This document shows positions 59,400 through 64,000 of a stretch of 64,000 bases of DNA, in pieces. The translations under genes and the position numbers were made by a program. The DNA comes from Candidatus Latescibacterota bacterium (GTDB taxonomy: Bacteria > Latescibacterota > UBA2968 > GCA-2709665). The notes under the pieces are model-generated. The model was not told the origin of the DNA. It did no database searches and worked only from the letters and a program-made list of their open reading frames with translations. The stretch's first letter is position 1; the number at the start of each line of letters is the position of its first letter. The stretch spans positions 5,184,001-5,248,000 of the forward strand of contig CBDCOX010000002.1 in NCBI GenBank assembly GCA_965219995.1, read 5' to 3'.

Positions 59400-59434
59400 A
59401 ACGCCCTCCCCCCGTGAGCTTGTGACTCCCTAAA

Positions 59435-59472
59435 CATACGGCAATGTACGGAAACAGTACAGGGCTGTATGG
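59435..59472. promoter_or_regulatory. Four phased TACGG-like direct repeats in the divergent promoter region
   Basis: tacgg 59437, tacgg 59447, tacag 59458, tatgg 59468, spaced 10-11 bp in an AT-richer intergenic patch. Confidence 0.4.
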
Positions 59473-59586
59473 AAGCGTGCAAATGCCCGCGCCCGGGGGC
59501 TGGCGGAGCGGTGCGCCATGACTCGACTCGGGCTGTGGAAACCGGCGGGCCATGCGTCCTAGAGCCGGCAATTCGGAGGGTGACGC

Positions 59587-61497
59587 ATGGCTGGAGGTGA
59601 ATTGAGCGGTCTCGACCGGCGGCTCGGCGTGGGCGAGCCGATCACGCGGCGGGACTTCATCGGGTCGACGCTGGTCGGCGCGGGTGCGACCCTGCTGTCG
59701 GGCTGCGCCCCGCTCGCCACCACCCCGCAAACCGTTCAGACCGCGGGATTCCATCCCTGGGACGGTTACGGCGGCGTCGGCGACTACGCCACCAGCAACG
59801 GCAACACCCAGGCGGTCATGGACGCCGCGCACGTCCTGCGCGACGGCGGCCAAGCCGGTGCGCTCGCCTCAGCCTCCGCTACGGGCGAGACGTTCGATCT
59901 CGTGGTGGTGGGCGGCGGATTCGCCGGGCTCGGCGCCGCCTTCCAGTTCCACGCCGGCAGCGAAGGCAGGACCTGCCTGGTGCTCGACAATCACCCGGTG
60001 TTCGGCGGCGAGGCGAAGGAGAACGAGTTCTCCGTCGGCGGCTATCGGCTGTTCGGACCGCAGGGCTCCAACGGCTTCATGCCGCCGGTGGGTCGAACCA
60101 CTCTCTCGGACGACGTGTGGCGCGCCGTCGGCATGCCGATGGAGTACGAGTTCGCCGACGCCGACGAGACCTTCGGCATGCGCCTCGCCCACGACAGCTA
60201 CGACGCGATGTTCTGGGGCGAACCGCACCTGGATGTCGGTCACTACTTCCGCGACGGCAACGGCGGCTGCTGGGTGAAGGACATCTGGGACGACGGCCTC
60301 GCACGCACCCCCTGGTCCGACCCCCTGCGGCGCGACATGCTCCGCGCCTTCACCGGCAAGGAGACCGCGCACGGCATGGAAGGCCTGGGGCCCTGGCTCG
60401 ACGCGATGAGCTACCGCGACTACCTGGTGCGGGAACTCAGGCTGCATCCCGGCGTCGCGGACCACATCGACCCGGTGCTGGCCATCGCGAACTACGGTTT
60501 CGGATGCGACGTGATCTCGGCCTACGCCGCCTACCTGCTGCAGTTGCCCGGCATGAAGGGCTACTTCACCGCGGACACCTACGACTTCTCGCAGATCAAG
60601 ATCATGAGCTTCCCCGGCGGCAACACCACCTATGCCCGCTACATCGTCAAGCACCTGATCCCGGACTCCATCCCGGGGCAGGGGCTCGAGAACATCGCCC
60701 ACGGCAGGATCGACTTCGACGCGCTCGACCGCGACGGCGCCCCGACCCGCCTGCGCCTCGGCGCCACGGCCATCGGCGTGCGGCACGAGGGCGACGGCGT
60801 CCGCGTGACCTACCTGCACGACGGGCGCGCCGAGCACGTGCGCGCCCGCACCGTCGCGATTGCCGCGAGCGGCCAGATGGCCCGCAGGATCGTCGCCGAC
60901 ATGCCCGAGAACGTGCGCGCGAACTACGCGCAGTTCCATCACGGCGCCGTGCTGGTGGTCAACGTGGCGCTCAACAACTGGCGCTTCCTGCACCGGCTCG
61001 GCATCGGCGCCGGGCGCTGGTACGACGGCTTCGGTTTCGTCGGCAGCATCCGCGCGCCCATGAAGGTCGGCGGGCTGACCGCGCCCCACCACCCCGACCT
61101 GCCGACGGTGATGACCTTCTACGTGCCCTTCCACACCCCGGGTCTCCACATCGACGCCCAGGCCCGGCTCGGCCGCGCCCAGTTGCTCGCGAAGCCCTAC
61201 CTCGACTACGAGCGCGAGATTCGCACCCACATGAACGACCTGTTCGGCTCCGCCGGGTTCGACGCCCGCCGGGACATCGCCGGCATCATCCTCAACCGGT
61301 GGGGGCACGCGTACATCGCGCCGCAGCCGGGGTTCTACTTCGGCGGCGAGAACGGCGAGGGACTCACCGCACCCATGAAGCAGGGGCACGGCCGCATCTT
61401 CTACGGCCACTCCGAACTCGGCTGGCGCATGAACTACCGGAACGCCATCACCGAGGGCGGCCGCGCCGGCGAGCAGGCCGCCGCGGCGCTCGGCTGA
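59587..61497 (+). CDS. Spermidine dehydrogenase (SpdH)-like FAD oxidoreductase, Tat-exported
   Basis: ITRRDFIG, DLVVVGGGFAG, LDNHPVFGGEAKENEF, FPGGN, AGFDARRDIAGIILNRWGHAY. Confidence 0.85.
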   Translation: MAGGELSGLDRRLGVGEPITRRDFIGSTLVGAGATLLSGCAPLATTPQTVQTAGFHPWDGYGGVGDYATSNGNTQAVMDAAHVLRDGGQAGALASASATGETFDLVVVGGGFAGLGAAFQFHAGSEGRTCLVLDNHPVFGGEAKENEFSVGGYRLFGPQGSNGFMPPVGRTTLSDDVWRAVGMPMEYEFADADETFGMRLAHDSYDAMFWGEPHLDVGHYFRDGNGGCWVKDIWDDGLARTPWSDPLRRDMLRAFTGKETAHGMEGLGPWLDAMSYRDYLVRELRLHPGVADHIDPVLAIANYGFGCDVISAYAAYLLQLPGMKGYFTADTYDFSQIKIMSFPGGNTTYARYIVKHLIPDSIPGQGLENIAHGRIDFDALDRDGAPTRLRLGATAIGVRHEGDGVRVTYLHDGRAEHVRARTVAIAASGQMARRIVADMPENVRANYAQFHHGAVLVVNVALNNWRFLHRLGIGAGRWYDGFGFVGSIRAPMKVGGLTAPHHPDLPTVMTFYVPFHTPGLHIDAQARLGRAQLLAKPYLDYEREIRTHMNDLFGSAGFDARRDIAGIILNRWGHAYIAPQPGFYFGGENGEGLTAPMKQGHGRIFYGHSELGWRMNYRNAITEGGRAGEQAAAALG

Positions 61498-61568
61498 GGA
61501 CCGCAGGAGACGATGAGTTAGGGCTGGGCGGCGACCGGGTCAGAGGGCGAGTTGCCCCGGGTGGACGG

Positions 61569-61811
61569 CTACAGCAACCGCAAGGCGGCGAACAGCAACG
61601 TCGCCGTGGCTACCTGGGCGGCAATGATGCGTACTGTCAGTTCGGCCTTGAGCGCGGCGAGGTCAGTCTTGAGCGCGGCGAGGTCGGCCTTCGTCGCCAG
61701 CGAGTCGTCGGCGACGGCAACGGTCTCGACGATCGCGCGCGCCGCCGCCGTGTCTACGCCGGCCGCTTCCAAACGTTCGACCGCCGCTGCGGTGTCGATC
61801 GTGTACGCCAT
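61569..61811 (-). CDS. Small DUF1640/CCDC90-like coiled-coil protein with a C-terminal membrane anchor
   Basis: IDTAAAVERLEAAG, LATKADL, heptads KADLAAL/KTDLAAL, hydrophobic C-terminus. Confidence 0.75.
   Translation of the reverse strand: MAYTIDTAAAVERLEAAGVDTAAARAIVETVAVADDSLATKADLAALKTDLAALKAELTVRIIAAQVATATLLFAALRLL
61647..61688. repeat. 21-bp tandem duplication encoding a heptad
   Basis: cttgagcgcggcgaggtc occurs at 61647 and 61668. Confidence 0.8.
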
Positions 61812-61862
61812 GTCACGAATTGTGCCCGTCCCTGCGCAAACCGCAAGGATGGCTGCCGGTCG

Positions 61863-62161
61863 TGCACCGACTCGGCATCGGCGCCAGGCGCTGATACGAC
61901 CGCTTCGGGTTCGTCGGCAGCATCCGCGCGCCGATGGAGCGCCCCCGGGATATCGCCGGCATCATCCTCAACCGGTGGGGCCACGGGTACATCGCGCCGC
62001 ACCGGGGTTCTACTTCGGCGGCGCGAACGGCGACGGACTCACCGCGCCCGTGAAGCAGGGGCGGCCGCATCTTCTACGGCCACTCCCAGCTCGGCTGGTG
62101 CATCAACTACCGGAACGCCATCACCGAGGGTGGCCGCGCCGGCGAGCAGGCCGCCGCGGCG
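61863..62161 (+). pseudogene. Degenerate duplicate of the 3' part of the SpdH-like gene
   Basis: Matches ~60989-61062 and ~61268-61488 with an internal deletion of about 190-200 bp, a TGG to TGA change and frameshifting indels. Confidence 0.88.
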
Positions 62162-62198
62162 GCCACCCATCGTTGGCATCAGTCCGCAAAAGCCTTAA

Positions 62199-62695
<497 letters not shown>

Positions 62696-62722
62696 GCGCC
62701 GCGCCGAAGCGCTGCCCGGAGG

Positions 62723-64000
62723 CTACCTCGCTTCGGCTGACCCGTTCGGCGCCTCGTCGCTCGGCGGAGTCAGCAGCGCGCCGAAGAACGTGCTCAGGTC
62801 CGGATTGCCGCCGATCTCAAGGTAGGCCTGGCGGAACTCGTCCCTCGAGACGGTTGAGTTTTCGTCCAGGAACGTCGAGACCGCCGCCGTGTCCGTGCCA
62901 TGGGCGCGCAGGTCGCGGGCGCCCCGGACGAACGCCCCGCGGTCCCAGTTGTCCTGGCCGGCGGCCCGGTCCGGGTTGAGCAGGGCGGCATCCGCCGCGT
63001 CTTGAATCTGCGCGTCGGACACGGGCGTGGGAATGGCGATGGCGTAGTTGAAGGCGGCGGTGAAGAGCACGCCGCGCACGTACGAGACGGTCCTCGCCCA
63101 GTCGGCGCCGGAACGGCGCTCGGCCACCTCCGGCACGGCCGCGTCGACGAGCAGCCAGTTCTCGATGACGCTGCGCAGCATGGTGACGTCGGGGGCTATT
63201 TCCGGCACCGCCCAGTTGTTGGTCGCGTAGACGACGGCGGTGTCGAAGTTGGGCCAGGCAAGCGCCCCGTTCTGCCAGCCGTACATGTGGGCGCCGCCGT
63301 GCTGGATGTTGAAGGCCGGCTCGCCGACCTTGTCGAGCATCCAGGCGAGGCCCATCTGCAATCCGCCCATGGACTCCGACTGCGGCGTCAACGCCAGCTC
63401 GACGGTTTCGGGCGCGAGGATCCGCGCGCCGCCGTATTCGCCCCCGTTCAGGAACGCCAGGAGGAACCGCACGAAGTCGCCCGGCGTCGCCACGAAGCCG
63501 CCCGCCGGGAACTCGCCGAAGTAGACCGCCGGCGTCGGGATCCAGACCGATCCCATGGGCATGTAGCCGGTGGACCTGCGTTCCCAGATGTCCGGGCGGA
63601 TGTGCTCCCGATCCTGCACCGGCGGATACTGCGAGTAGCGCATGCCGAGCGGTTCCATGAAGTGCCGCTCGACGAACTCCGAGTACGACAGTCCTTCCGG
63701 GTTGTTCTCCTCGACGATCAGGCCGAGGGTGCCCATGCCGAGGTTCGAGTACATGAACGCCTCCCCCGCCCTGGCGTGCCAGCGGGGCATGCTGTCGCCC
63801 CCCATCATCGGCACCATCGGGCGGGCGTACTCCGCCTCGATCTCCTCGCGCAGGGACCGCGGCCGCTCGAACAGGCTGAGGGCGGCGTCCTGCATGAGGC
63901 CCGGCCTGTGGGTCAGCAGGTCGCGAACCGTGATGTCCCGTCCGCCGAGGGGATTGCGCACCTCGAAGGGCAGGTAGTCGTTGATCGGCCCGTCGAGCTC
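62723..64000 (-). CDS. Serine hydrolase, beta-lactamase family (5' end outside the window)
   Basis: ITVRDLLTH, FMYSN, EPLGM, PAGG, HGG. Confidence 0.88.
   Translation of the reverse strand, partial: ELDGPINDYLPFEVRNPLGGRDITVRDLLTHRPGLMQDAALSLFERPRSLREEIEAEYARPMVPMMGGDSMPRWHARAGEAFMYSNLGMGTLGLIVEENNPEGLSYSEFVERHFMEPLGMRYSQYPPVQDREHIRPDIWERRSTGYMPMGSVWIPTPAVYFGEFPAGGFVATPGDFVRFLLAFLNGGEYGGARILAPETVELALTPQSESMGGLQMGLAWMLDKVGEPAFNIQHGGAHMYGWQNGALAWPNFDTAVVYATNNWAVPEIAPDVTMLRSVIENWLLVDAAVPEVAERRSGADWARTVSYVRGVLFTAAFNYAIAIPTPVSDAQIQDAADAALLNPDRAAGQDNWDRGAFVRGARDLRAHGTDTAAVSTFLDENSTVSRDEFRQAYLEIGGNPDLSTFFGALLTPPSDEAPNGSAEAR

Noticed and set aside
61863-62161. Diversity-generating retroelement template repeat for the spdH-like 3' end
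   Set aside because: Mismatches are not confined to adenines, there are indels and a large deletion, and no reverse transcriptase is in the window.

Overview
GC-rich bacterial chromosomal window with no rRNA, tRNA, CRISPR, integrase or transposase recognised. The backbone is heterotrophic metabolism: three PQQ beta-propeller proteins, a class III aminotransferase with ald/Lrp/alr, a TPP E1alpha/E1beta pair without E2, a TTQ amine dehydrogenase cluster (mauB-E-D-A plus cytochrome c), a sulfatase, two gamma-glutamyltransferases with an M19 dipeptidase, and a spermidine-dehydrogenase-like flavoprotein. Small toxin-antitoxin and defence-like modules are inserted between these genes. The best candidate for an undescribed system is a fully translationally coupled five-gene operon at 15067-21161 (minus strand): unknown protein, degenerate DUF2791/BrxD-like ATPase, intact DUF2791/BrxD-like ATPase, HsdR_N-like domain with altered catalytic motif fused to a SeqA-like domain, and SNF2 helicase, with no methylase or PglZ. 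Other highlights are a selenocysteine glutathione peroxidase with an fdhF-like SECIS missed by the ORF track, an in-frame AbiEi-AbiEii fusion with an internal start, an NCS2 permease fused to an anti-sigma-like domain near a SulP-STAS-cNMP protein, a ~265-bp TA-flanked fold-back MITE, and a decayed duplicate of a gene 3' end bracketing a small coiled-coil gene. All family assignments come from motif recognition by eye; no database searches were run.
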